Shown: piece after piece, positions 35,276 through 46,357 of the stretch
How the letters are laid out: each line of letters begins with the position of its first letter
Position numbering within the stretch: the stretch's first letter is position 1
DNA from: Leucoraja ocellata
Taxonomy: Eukaryota
Reading direction: 5' to 3'
DNA length: 46,357 nt
NCBI GenBank assembly: GCA_036785375.1
Contig: JAWMAR010004569.1
Coordinates: 1-46,357, forward strand
The notes under the pieces: generated by a model
What the model was told of the DNA's origin: nothing
The model's input: the letters and a program-made list of their open reading frames with translations, nothing else
Databases searched by the model: none
Program-made: the position numbers and the translations under genes

Positions 35276-35717
35276 ATGAAACCAGAAATAATATTATACT
35301 TTCGGCGCTGGCCTTTCGGCCCACCCCGTCAATGCCATCCATTACACCTATCTACACAATCCCATTTACTCGCATTAGGATCATGGCCTTTCTATGTCTC
35401 AGCGTTTCAAGTACTTGGCGAGACGCCTCTTAAATGTCGTGAGACAACCCGGGCCTGGCAGACATTGACGCCAAGAGACTGCTAAACACCCGGCTTGAGA
35501 TCTAACTATTCCTTTAGTTTATTCATGTTTCATTCGCAAGAAGAAGAAGTACAGCTGTAAATCACCCCTGGTTTATGGAGGAGTCGGAGTGACTGGAGCG
35601 TGAATGTGAATTTAGAGGGAACTGGATTGCTGTTCGATGGAAAAAATGGCTTCTTGCCTCGTTCTAGAAATGGGGATTTCGCCCACAATGGACATTAATC
35701 ATTTTGGTTTAGTTTAG

Positions 35718-36004
35718 TTTAGAGATACAGCGCGGATACAGGCCCTTCGGCCCACCGAGTCCGCTGCGATCAACGATCCCAGCAAAATAATGCTATTCTA
35801 CACACACTAGGGACAATTTATTTTTTTACCGAGGCCAATTAGCCTACAAACCAGTACGTCTTTAGAGTGTGGGAGGTAAACGGAGCTCCCGGTGAAACCC
35901 ACACAGGGGGAACGTAAACTCCGTACAGACAGAACCCGTAGTGAGGATCGAACCCGGGGTCCCTGGCGCTGTAAGGCAGCAACTCTACCGCCGCGCCACC
36001 GTGT
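35718..36004 (-). mobile_element. tRNA-derived SINE
   Basis: Paralog of 15295-15580. Confidence 0.85.
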
Positions 36005-36234
36005 TGCCCCTCTCTCCAGCTTTCCTGAACCCACTGTACTTTCCTTACAGTTCCTCCATCTTCCCCGCCAGGTTATGGTCATATGTTTTTTTCGCACAGA
36101 GGGCGCTCGATTTATGGAACAAGCTGCCAGAGGAGGTCGTTGAGGCTGGGACTATCCCATCGTTTAAGAAGCAGTTGGACAGGTACATGGATAGGACAGG
36201 TTTGGAGGGATATGGACCAGGCACAGGCAGTTGG

Positions 36235-36477
36235 GACTAGTGTAGATGGGACATTGTTGGCCGGTGTGGGCAAGTTGGGCCGAAGGGCCTGTTTCCACAC
36301 TGTATCACCCATGTGACTAGTGTAGATGGGACATTGTTGGCCGGTGTGGGCAAGTTGGGCCGAAGGGCCTGTTTCCACACTGTATCACTCTGTGACTAGT
36401 GTAGATGGGACATTGTTGGCCGGTGTGGGCAAGTTGGGCCGAAGGGCCTGCTTCCACACTGTATCACTCTGTGACTG
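36235..36477. repeat. ~80-bp tandem triplication of a LINE 3' end
   Basis: TGTAGATGGG recurs at 36241, 36321 and 36400; single copy in unit 1. Confidence 0.9.
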
Positions 36478-36885
36478 ATCTTGCACATTGTAATTTAAAA
36501 AAAAGAAACATAGAAAAATAGGTGCAGAAGTAGGCCATTCGGCCCTTCCAGCCAGCACCGCCATTCAATATGATCATCTGAAATCAGTACCCCGTTCCTG
36601 CATTCTCCCCGTATCTCTTGATTCCGTTAGCCCTAAGAGCTAAATCTAACTCCCTCTTTAAAGCATCCACTGCCTTCTGTGCAGAGAATTCCACAGATTC
36701 ACAACTCTCTGGGTGAAAAGATGTTTCCTCGTCTCCGTTCTAAATGGCCTACCCCTTATTTTCAAACTGTGTCCCCTGGTTCCTATATCTGATCTGACAA
36801 CGTTTCGTTGTCCAGGCGTGCGGTGGTCGGTGTTGGGGATGTTTTTGAGAACGGTAAACACGAAGTTAAGATAACGGAAACTTAC

Positions 36886-37217
36886 GTGTGACTGTGACAT
36901 CTGTGCCGTGACCATTATATACTTCCCCTGTGAAAACACGCACTCGGCAGTAATACCTTCCTGTCTCGTTCATTTTGAGGTCAGTGATTTCGATGCCACT
37001 TTTAGACTCCCCGGTGAAATACTTGTCCGAACGCGGCCATAATAGTCGCCGCTCGTGTTGGAAACGGCCCGAGTTTCCACGTATTTGTACCAACTAAAGG
37101 CCACAAATGAACTGATGGTGTTGCTAACAAATGCACAGTTTAGCCGCACAGTACCGCCTTCAGTAACTGTGATCTGTTTCGGTGATTGTATGATCGATTC
37201 ATCGGATCCAACAGCAC
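36886..37217 (-). pseudogene. NKp30-like V exon B2 with a 1-nt deletion (real frameshift or consensus error)
   Basis: 332 nt; AG and GT intact; deletion near 36996 relative to B1. Confidence 0.75.
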
Positions 37218-37398
37218 CTGAACCAGAAAAAATATTAGATAGATAAATAGTAGATAGTCTTGGCGCTGGCCTTTCGCCCACTCCGTCAATGCCATCCATT
37301 ACACCTATCTACACAATCCCATTTACTCGCGTAGCATCATAGCCTTTCTATGTATCAGCGTTTCAAGTACTTGGCAATACGCCTCTTAAATATCGGGA

Positions 37399-38178
37399 NN
37401 NNNNNNNNNNNNNNNNNNNNNNNNNNNNNNNNNNNNNNNNNNNNNNNNNNNNNNNNNNNNNNNNNNNNNNNNNNNNNNNNNNNNNNNNNNNNNNNNNNNN
37501 NNNNNNNNNNNNNNNNNNNNNNNNNNNNNNNNNNNNNNNNNNNNNNNNNNNNNNNNNNNNNNNNNNNNNNNNNNNNNNNNNNNNNNNNNNNNNNNNNNNN
37601 NNNNNNNNNNNNNNNNNNNNNNNNNNNNNNNNNNNNNNNNNNNNNNNNNNNNNNNNNNNNNNNNNNNNNNNNNNNNNNNNNNNNNNNNNNNNNNNNNNNN
37701 NNNNNNNNNNNNNNNNNNNNNNNNNNNNNNNNNNNNNNNNNNNNNNNNNNNNNNNNNNNNNNNNNNNNNNNNNNNNNNNNNNNNNNNNNNNNNNNNNNNN
37801 NNNNNNNNNNNNNNNNNNNNNNNNNNNNNNNNNNNNNNNNNNNNNNNNNCTCTCCCCCACTCTCTCTCTCTCCATCTCCCNNNNNNNNNNNNNNNNNNNN
37901 NNNNNNNNNNNNNNNNNNNNNNNNNNNNNNNNNNNNNNNNNNNNNNNNNNNNNNNNNNNNNNNNNNNNNNNNNNNNNNNNNNNNNNNNNNNNNNNNNNNN
38001 NNNNNNNNNNNNNNNNNNNNNNNNNNNNNNNNNNNNNNNNNNNNNNNNNNNNNNNNNNNNNNNNNNNNNNNNNNNNNNNNNNNNNNNNNNNNNNNNNNNN
38101 NNNNNNNNNNNNNNNNNNNNNNNNNNNNNNNNNNNNNNNNNNNNNNNNNNNNNNNNNNNNNNNNNNNNNNNNNNNNNN
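37399..38178. other. N gap or masked tract with a CT island
   Basis: Ns. Confidence 0.95.
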
Positions 38179-38209
38179 GAAAGAACCAAGCGACCACACT
38201 CCACTGCAT
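38179..38209 (-). CDS. Signal-peptide exon (partial) of cassette 2: MQWSVVAWFF(L)...
   Basis: Identical to 18357-18387; acceptor at 38225-38224. Confidence 0.65.
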
Positions 38210-38356
38210 CTTTGAACGACTACCTGTGGGCGGAAACAAACACAAAAACAGGTCAGGCAGCATCTGCGGAAGAAATGGGAAATCCGTCTGAAGAGAGGTC
38301 CAGCCCGAAACGTCGCCTGTCCATATTCTCCAGAGATGCTTCCTGACCCGCTGATC

Positions 38357-38847
38357 CATTTTGTCACGTTACAACCACAAACGTAAATGTATTTTATTGG
38401 GATTTTATGTGATAGACCAACACAAAGTGGCGCATAATTGTGAAGTGGAAGGGAAATGATACATGGTTTTCAAATGTTTTAACAATAAAAACTGAAAAGT
38501 GTGGCGTGCAAAAGTATTCAGCCCCCTTTACTCTGATGCCCCTAAATAAAATCCAGTGCAACCAGTTGCCTTTAGAAGTCACCTAATTAGTAAATAAAGT
38601 CCACTTGTGTGTAATCTAATCTCAGTATAAATACAGCCGTTCTGTGAAGGCCTCAGAGCTTTGTTAGAGAACATTAGTGAACAAACAGCATCACGAAGCC
38701 CAAGGAACACGCCAGACAGGTCAGGGATAAAGTTGTGGAGAAGCTTAAAGCAGGGTCAGGTTATAAAAAATATCGCAAGCTTTGAACATCTCACGGAGCA
38801 CTGTTCAACCCATCATCCGAAAATGGAAGCGTATGGGACAACTGCAA
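38357..38847 (+). mobile_element. Tc1 5' fragment containing the empty L1 site (~38484-38491)
   Basis: ...AACAATAAAAACTGAAAAG... uninterrupted. Confidence 0.85.
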
Positions 38848-41800
38848 TGTAACTGCCCCACATCGGCAGTTAGTTAAATTCTGAACCTCACGTTTTTTGG
38901 TTCCTACCTGTAATAGTGACGTTCCTAAGGGCGGAATTAAATTGCCAACTTAGTTTCCGTGGGGCACGGTTGTTGGCCGCCTTGGAGAGCAGCAATGAAA
39001 AAGGAAGCAACACAAAGGGGATACACGGCCAAAATAAGTTAAATGTTAAATAAACAAGATCATAAAGAAAGACAGAAGCCATGGCTAAGAAGAAACCAAG
39101 AAATACCTCTTAAGTAGTAAGCAGTGAATGAGTTCTCACGGGTTGGTTGGAGCCGAAAATAAACCCCGTATTTAACCACGACCTCAGCCTCGTGTACTAA
39201 TTGGGAGCTACAGTGAGAACTCGACTGCTCTGCATGAGTAGCCGAGGAGGACGTCACCAGACGGCAGCAGCCGAGAAGAGACGAACCATATCCATGCTGC
39301 GCGTGTATTTTCTACCACCACCTACGCTGAAACACAAGAAGAGCAAGTCCACAGGAAGGCCCAGGTGCCGCTAGTGTGAATATTGCTGCTAAGGGAAAAC
39401 TCATGTTTTGCACAAGAGACATATATTATCTACATTTTCATTTAATAAGTTGATGTTGTTATTTTCTACAACTAAAGGACTTTAAGTGTTTTGCACAAGA
39501 GACTGAGATATAATGTGCATTTCATTTATGTTGTTTACTTACATTTCCTTATTGAAGACCATTGATACTCACACTGTGTTGATATTGAGAATTAGTTTAT
39601 TGATGGTTACACTGTAAACATTCTGTTAAAACAAGCAGTACTCATAGTAATTTGAAGGTGCATTTCTGTTACTTAACAAGTGTTTAATGCATATGTAACT
39701 TACCTGTGGAAGAGTTGATACCTTTATTTGTCTAATTATCACTCAGAGTGATTTAAGTTGATAACACTATAACATTTATTTATTAATTAGGTACTTACTC
39801 AACATAAGAAAATATTAGATTTAAACCAAACTAAAGTAAACCAAGTAAAGTGTCAGAGTTTGAGCTTTCCCCTGAAAGTGACAGAGAAGATGATGAAGGC
39901 GATGACACGAAACAGCACTGCCCAGACGCACAACCACAAACGACCAAAGGCACTGGAGATGATATCCACACTTCCTCACAAGAGCCACAAAGAGGCCAAA
40001 GAGTCCACAAGCTAACGAAAAGGGCCAAGAACTGCACGATGAGCTGAGACACATCGACATTCTAGATCATGAACACACGTCGCAGAGTAGACACATGTGA
40101 AGCAGTAACAAAGAAGATAATCAAAACTGCAAGAGGTTACCTAAACACGGGAAAGAGTGAATGTCAAGTGGATGAAGAACAAGGTGTTAAAAGATACAGA
40201 ATCTGTGTTCAAGTCTGCAGCCTCAGATAAGATGAGCATCAAATCTCACCGCACCAAATCCTCCTGGTGAAGAAAGGATATATTATCTGCGAAGGTATGT
40301 GGGTGGAGCTGCCAAGAAGGCCATAGAGAGTTACTTTCTGCTAGGCACAGAGTCAGCCTATCATGCAGCGTGGACCATCCTAGAAGAGAGATATGGCAAT
40401 CCATTCCTCATCGCCAAAGCCTTCAGAGACAAGCTTGATTCATGGCCCAAGATAAGCTCCAAAGGCAGTTTAGAACTTCAAGAACTCACTGACTTCCTTC
40501 GCATCTGTGAGGCCGCCATGTCTCAGATTAGAGGTCTTGAGGTACTCAATGACTGCAACGAGAATCAGAAAATGCTTGCTAAACTTCCAGACTGCTGACC
40601 TCAAGATGGAACAGGAAAGTCATAAAAGTGGAAGAACAAAGTCACAAGTTCCCAAGCTTCAGCCAATTCGTCAAGTTCCTCACACGTGAAGCAAAAATTG
40701 CTTGCAACCCGATAACGTCCCTCTACGCTCTAAAACCAAGTGGTTGAGAAGAGCAAGGCGTCAATGAACAGAGGTCTTGGAGGCAAACGTATTGGTAACA
40801 CACTCTGATGAGAAGGCTGTCGCCACAAGCTGTGTGTTCTGTGAGAGGGAAGGTCACAGTCTACACAAGTGTTATAAATTCATGGATGAGACGGTCTCTG
40901 AGCGAGTCACGTTTGTTCAAGAAAGGAAGTTGTGCTTTGGCTGTCTGAAGTCTGGCCATCGGTCAAAGGAATGTGAAAACAGAATGATCTGCAATACATG
41001 TGAAAGGAGACATCCAACTTGCTCCATGACAATCGCACCAAGGAAGGAAGGATGTTAACAAGGCCTGATGAAGCAAGAGACCGTGAGCTGTCAACGGAAG
41101 GCAAGATGAACCGATCACCAGATAAGACAACAAGAACCTCACCTGAGGCAACATCCAATTAGAATCACCCAGCATGTCAAAGACATCCATACGTCCACCA
41201 TCATCCCAGTGTGGGTGTCAGCCACAAGTGAGCCTAATCGTGAAGTTCTTGTGTATGCACTTCTGGATACACAGAGTGACACAACCTTTCACCTAGAAGA
41301 CACTGCAAAAGCTCTACACGTGAAGAACGAACCAGTTCAGCTAAAGCTCTCCACAATGGCTTCAAGAAACACAGTTGTGTCCTGTAGGAAACTGACTGGT
41401 CTACAAGTAAGAGGAATTTACTCAGACAAGATAATCCAGCTGCCAGTGACCTACACAAGAGAATTCATACTTGCAAACAGAGATCACGTTCCCTCACCAG
41501 AGACTGCAAAGGCATGGCCTCATCTTGAACACATCGCAGATGACATAGCTCCACATCAAAGCTGTGACATCGGCTTACTAATTGGCTACAACTGTCCTCA
41601 AGCTCTCGTCCCAAGACAAGTGCTACCTGGTGAAGAAAATCAGCACTTTGCACTGAGAACCAACTTGGGGTGGAGTGTAGTTGGCTATGGCAACCTAAGT
41701 CTCGATTATGGAGATGCTATTGGAGTGAGTCACCAGGTTATCGTGAAGCAAGTGATATCAGGTATTCAATCCTCCTTTAAACCTCACAAGCGAAGTGCAT

Positions 41801-41886
41801 TATGTCCGTAGAACACAGATCAAGGAAGTAGTCTCACCTGCAGCTGCCATCAAGGTGCTGGAAGCTGACTTTGTGGAAAGAATTTC
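38848..41886 (+). mobile_element. BEL/Pao LTR retrotransposon, 3' truncated (LTR 38848-39212)
   Basis: Paralog of 25381-28390 with different internal deletions and the same fusion point to CR1. Confidence 0.9.
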
Positions 41887-42914
41887 AGAGTCAATTATTA
41901 AAGATGTAATAATGGGGCTTTTGGATAGCAGTAAAAGGATTAGTCCAAGTCAACATGGATTTATGAAAGGGAAATCATGCTTGACTAATCTTCTGAATTT
42001 TTTGAGGATGTGACGTAAAATGGATGAAGGGGTGCCAGTGGATGTAGTGTATCTAGACTTTCAGAAAGCCTTTGATAAGGTCCCGCACGGGAGACTGGTG
42101 ACTAAAATTAGAGCGCATGGTATTGGGGGTAGGGTGTTGACAGTCAATGGGGTTAGGTTAGGTAAGGGGGAGGTACAGTGAGACTTGGGGGTCCTTGTAC
42201 ACCTGTCACTGAAAGGTGGCATGCAGGTACAGCAGGCAGTGAAGAAAGCTAATGGAATGTTGGCCTTCATTACAAGAGGATTTCAGTATCGGAGTAGAGA
42301 GGTTCTTCTGTAGTTGTATAGGGCTCTGGTGAGAACACACCTGTTGTATTGTGTACAGTTCTGGTCTCCGAATTTGAGGGAAGACATCTTTGTGATTGAG
42401 GCAGTGCAGCATAGATTCACGAGATTGATCCCTGGGATGGCGGGACTGTCATATGAGGAAAGATTGAAAAGACAAGGCTTATATTCACTGGAGATTAGAA
42501 GGGATGATGGGGCATCTTATAGACACATAAAAAATTATAAAAGGACTGGACAAGCTAGATGCAGGAAAACAATTCCCAATGTTGGACGAGTCCAGAACCA
42601 GGGGCCACAGTCTTAGAATAAAGGGGAAGCATTTAAGACTGAGGTGAGAAAAAAACGTTTTCACCCTGAGAGTTGTGAATTTGTGGAATTCCCTGCCACA
42701 AGAGGGCAGTGGAGGGCAAGTCACTGGATGGATTTAAGAGAGAGTTAGATAGAGCTCTAGGGGCTAGTGGAATCAATGGATATGGGGAGAAGGCAGGCAC
42801 GGGTTATTGATTGGGGCGAATCAGCCGTGATCAGAATGAATAGCGGTGCTGGCTCGAAGGGTCGAATGGCCTCCTCCCGCACGTATTTTCTATGTTTCTA
42901 TGTTCTATGTTTTG

Positions 42915-43188
42915 GAGAAACAGCGCGGAAACAGGCCATTCGGCCCACCGTGTCCGCACCGGCCAGCGATCCCCGCACATTAACACTACCACTACACACA
43001 CTAGGGACAATTTACATATATACTGAGTCAATTAACCTACAAACTGTATGTGTTTGGAGTGTGGGATGAAACTGAAGATCTCGGAGACAACAGGACGAAC
43101 AAACTCCGTACAGACAGTACCCGTAGTCGGGATCGAACTGCCGCTGAAAGTGCTGCTAAGCAGCAACTCTACCGCTGCGCCACCGGGC
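42915..43188 (-). mobile_element. tRNA-derived SINE
   Basis: Paralog of 29848-30128. Confidence 0.85.
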
Positions 43189-43456
43189 CGCCCTAATGAC
43201 ACATGATTCTCACATGTAGCTTGATGCAGTGAAATGCTTTGTTCTGCAGACAATCCGGTAATAACCATGTTCTCCACAGTTGCTGCTGCTCCTTTGGGAT
43301 GTTGTGATCTTTTACTTGTGTATATTCCTTGGGTTAATTTCAAACACTATTTCAGAGTGTTTGTTACACACATTGCGGAGATGGGAAATGTTTTATCTGA
43401 GATCGGGTTGCAGTGAATGCCAAGGAGAGGAGCTGTAGGATTCTAAAAGACCAATA

Positions 43457-44361
43457 TCCAATCCAATCCAACTTTATTTGTTAAGCACTTTAAGACAACC
43501 AATGTTGAACAACGTGCTGTACAGTGGAATAAACAAGACATCATATACAGACAGCATAACAGAACATAACATAACAGCTCGCATAAAGTGCAAAAATACA
43601 ACAATAAATTAAAAGACATAAAACATGAGTAAATATAATAACCACGCAATAAACCAATCAAAAAAGAAATTAAATCAAGTAAATAAAGTCGGCATCTTAC
43701 TGTGTATCAAAGGCCACGGAGAAGAGATGGGTTTTAAGAAGTGATTTAAAAACAGACAGAGCAGAGGCCTGTTTAATGTGGAGAGGCAGATCGTTCCATA
43801 ATTTGGGTGCCGACACAGCAAAGGCACAGTCCCGTCTGAGCTTCCGCTTAGTTTTAGGCCCACTCAGGACAGGAGCAGCTGATTATCTGACCTGAGAGAG
43901 CGTGCGGGTGTATAAGGGTGTAGAAGCTCAGATAGGTAGGGCGGGGCAAGATCATTCAGGGATTTTAAAGCAAATAAAATAATTTTAAAATGGATCCTAA
44001 ACTGAATAGGCAACCAGTGAAGTGAGGCTAAAATGTGTGAAATGTGCTCATGTTTACATGTGCCAGTTAAAAGACGTACAGCTGCATTCTGTCCCATCTG
44101 GAGACGGTCGATGGAGGACCCACTAACCCCCACATACAGTGCATTGCAGTAATCCAGCCGAGCGGTAACAAACGCGTGGATTACCGTCTCAAAGTGCTGC
44201 CTTGACAGAATTGGCTTTATTTTGGCCAGCTGCCTCAAATGGAAAAAAACTAGATTTAACAACAGCCTTGGTCTGACTGTCAAATTTAAGCTCAGGCCCA
44301 CTTTAACCCCTAGGTTTGTGAGGCTTGGTTTGATATACTGGGCCAGGGAGCCCAGATCTAC

Positions 44362-44392
<31 letters not shown>

Positions 44393-45040
44393 GGTGCCAC
44401 CAAAAACCATTACTTCCGTCTTTTTATCATTAAATTTTATAACGTTCAGAGCATCGAGGCCTTTATGTCGTTGAGACACTCAAGTAACAGTCCGACGAGC
44501 GTTCATCCTTCTTTTAAGAGCACATAAATCTGACTGTCGTCTGCATAAAAGTGGAATGAAATTCCATGTTTCCTAAGTATGGAACCAAGTGGGAGCAAAT
44601 AGAGAGAAAAGAGGAGAAGGCAAGAACTGAGCCCTGTGGGACCCACACGAGAGAGGAGCAGAGGAGGATACAGATTCCCCAAGGCTGACACAGAAAGTTC
44701 GATCAGCCAGGTGCGACATGACCACTCCAATGCTGATACCCACCCACTGCTTCAAACGTCAGATCAATATTTCATGATCCACTGTGTCAAAAGCAGCAGT
44801 CAAATCTAAAACCACAAGGGTAACACAGTCACCACGGTCAGTAGCTAAAAAAATATCATTAAACACTCTTAAAGGGCTGATTCGGTGCAGTGCAGGGATT
44901 TAAAACCGGATTGGAAAACTTCTAAAATATTATGTTTCTTTCAGAAAGGCCATTAATTGACTGTGCACGATCTTCTCCAGGATTTTTGATAGAAAGGGAA
45001 GTTTGGAGATAGGCCTGAAATCAGAGTTAATGGCTTGTGT
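43457..45040 (-). mobile_element. 5'-truncated L2-family LINE, private to unit 3
   Basis: FRPISKLPFLSKILEK, LDLTAAFDTVDH, FYADDSQIY, HAFVTARLDYCN, LHWLP; (TTGGA)n tail; absent at ~9520 and ~30395. Confidence 0.9.
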
Positions 45041-45780
45041 TGCTCCAGAGAGGGTCCAGAGGAGATTTACAAGAATGATCCCAGGATTGAGTGGGTTAAC
45101 ATATGATGAGCGTTTGACGGCACTGGCCCTGTACCAGCAGGAATTTAGGATGAGAGGATATCTCATTGACATTTACTGAATAGTGAAAGGCTTGGATAGA
45201 GTGGATGTGAGAGGATTATTCCACTAACCAGAGAGTCTAGGACTCGAGGTCATAGCCTCAAAATTAAATGAGGTTTCTTTTCGGAAGGAGATGGGGAGGA
45301 ATATATTTAGTCAGAGGGTGGTGAATCTGTGGATTATTTGCCACAGAAGGTTGTTGAGGGCAAGTCAGTGGATATTTGTAAGGCAAAGATAGATAGATTA
45401 TTGATTAGTACAGGTGTTAGAGGAATGGGGAGAAGGCAGGAGAATGGGGTTAGGAGGGAGAGATAGACAGCCATGATTGAATGGTGGAGTAGACTTGATG
45501 GGCCAAATGGCCTAATTCTGCTCCTATCACTTATGACCTTATGATCTTATGACCTTATGAGACACATACATGTATATACCGGTAGAATGGACATCCGTGT
45601 AATAGATGAGACTTATTACAGTTTCGGATACAGCAGGACTTTTAATAACTTTCCAGCGCACATCATTCAGCGATAAATTGTTGTCATTATATAAAGAACA
45701 TGAACAAGATCCTATTAACAAAGTGTCATTATTGGTCTATTATTACAACCTGTAACAATCTCTGTCAAATCACACCATTG

Positions 45781-45799
45781 TGGCGCCATCTTGTGGCCG
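45781..45799 (-). promoter_or_regulatory. CTCF/YY1-type motif, unit 3
   Basis: CGGCCACAAGATGGCGCCA. Confidence 0.6.
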
Positions 45800-46357
45800 A
45801 GACACCTTGGTGTCGAAGATTCGTTTGTCGAGCTCGAACTGTCGCCAGAACTGGCGTGATCTGACATTAGAAAATTCACAGTTCAATATTGGGTTCTAAG
45901 CTGCCGAGATGGAGAATGAGGTCATGTTCCCCCAATGGCCTCACTCAGGCAATGGAGGAGACTCAGGGCAGAGGGGTCGGTGTGGGAATGGGAAGGAGAG
46001 TTAAAAATGGTTTAGAAACCGGGAGATCCATCAGGCAAATGGAACACAAGAGGACTGTCCGAAAATAGATACAAAAAGCTGGAGTAACTCCGCGGGTCAG
46101 GCAGCATCTCTGGAGAAAGGAATGGGTGATGTTTCAGGTGAAGATGCTTCTTCACAGGGTATAGACGCTTGGGGAGGTGCAGCAGGATCTGGGGGTCCTT
46201 GTTCATCAGTCAATGAAAGTGGGCATGCAGGTACAGCAGGCAGTGAAGAACGCGAATGGCATGTTGGCCCTTATAACAAGAGGAGGTGAGTATAGGAGCA
46301 AAGAGATCCTTCTGCAGCTGTATAGGGCCCTAGTGAGACCACACCTGGCGTATTATC

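Larger units (their letters stand above)
28391..41886. repeat. Segmental duplication unit 2
   Basis: Collinear with unit 1 minus the L1 and one V module. Confidence 0.9.
41887..46357. repeat. Segmental duplication unit 3 (partial, runs off the window)
   Basis: CR1, SINE, unique segment, CR1, CTCF segment, Penelope, CR1 in the same order. Confidence 0.9.

Noticed and set aside
14508-37217. Rearranging Ig/TCR V gene segments
   Set aside because: The J-like G strand is in the same exon and is followed by a splice donor; no RSS, D, J or C exon is seen.

Overview
Repeat-rich vertebrate genomic DNA; the tRNA-SINE/CR1/Penelope repeat repertoire suggests a cartilaginous fish, probably a skate or ray (inference). 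The core is a head-to-tail segmental duplication: two complete units (~8.6-28.4 kb and ~28.4-41.9 kb) and the start of a third. Each complete unit carries a minus-strand NKp30/NCR3-like immunoglobulin-superfamily receptor cassette that the ORF track mostly misses. A cassette has a leader exon (MQWSVVAWFF..., running into an N gap), 2-3 germline-joined VJ-type V exons (all phase 1-1, variable in CDR-like loops), one transmembrane exon with an intramembrane Lys and short tail, and a terminal exon with ATTAAA. No unique promoter or first exon is visible upstream of the leader exon within a unit, and each unit has one identically oriented CTCF/YY1-type motif. The V-to-TM intron holds a ~143-bp TSD-flanked element headed by a minimal CPEB3/HDV-like ribozyme fold, in sense orientation, inserted into a hammerhead-bearing Penelope-type repeat. 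Other content: an intact full-length L1 (unit 1 only), truncated BEL/Pao elements, Tc1 relics, CR1, L2 and Rex1-like fragments, tRNA-SINEs and mini/microsatellites.
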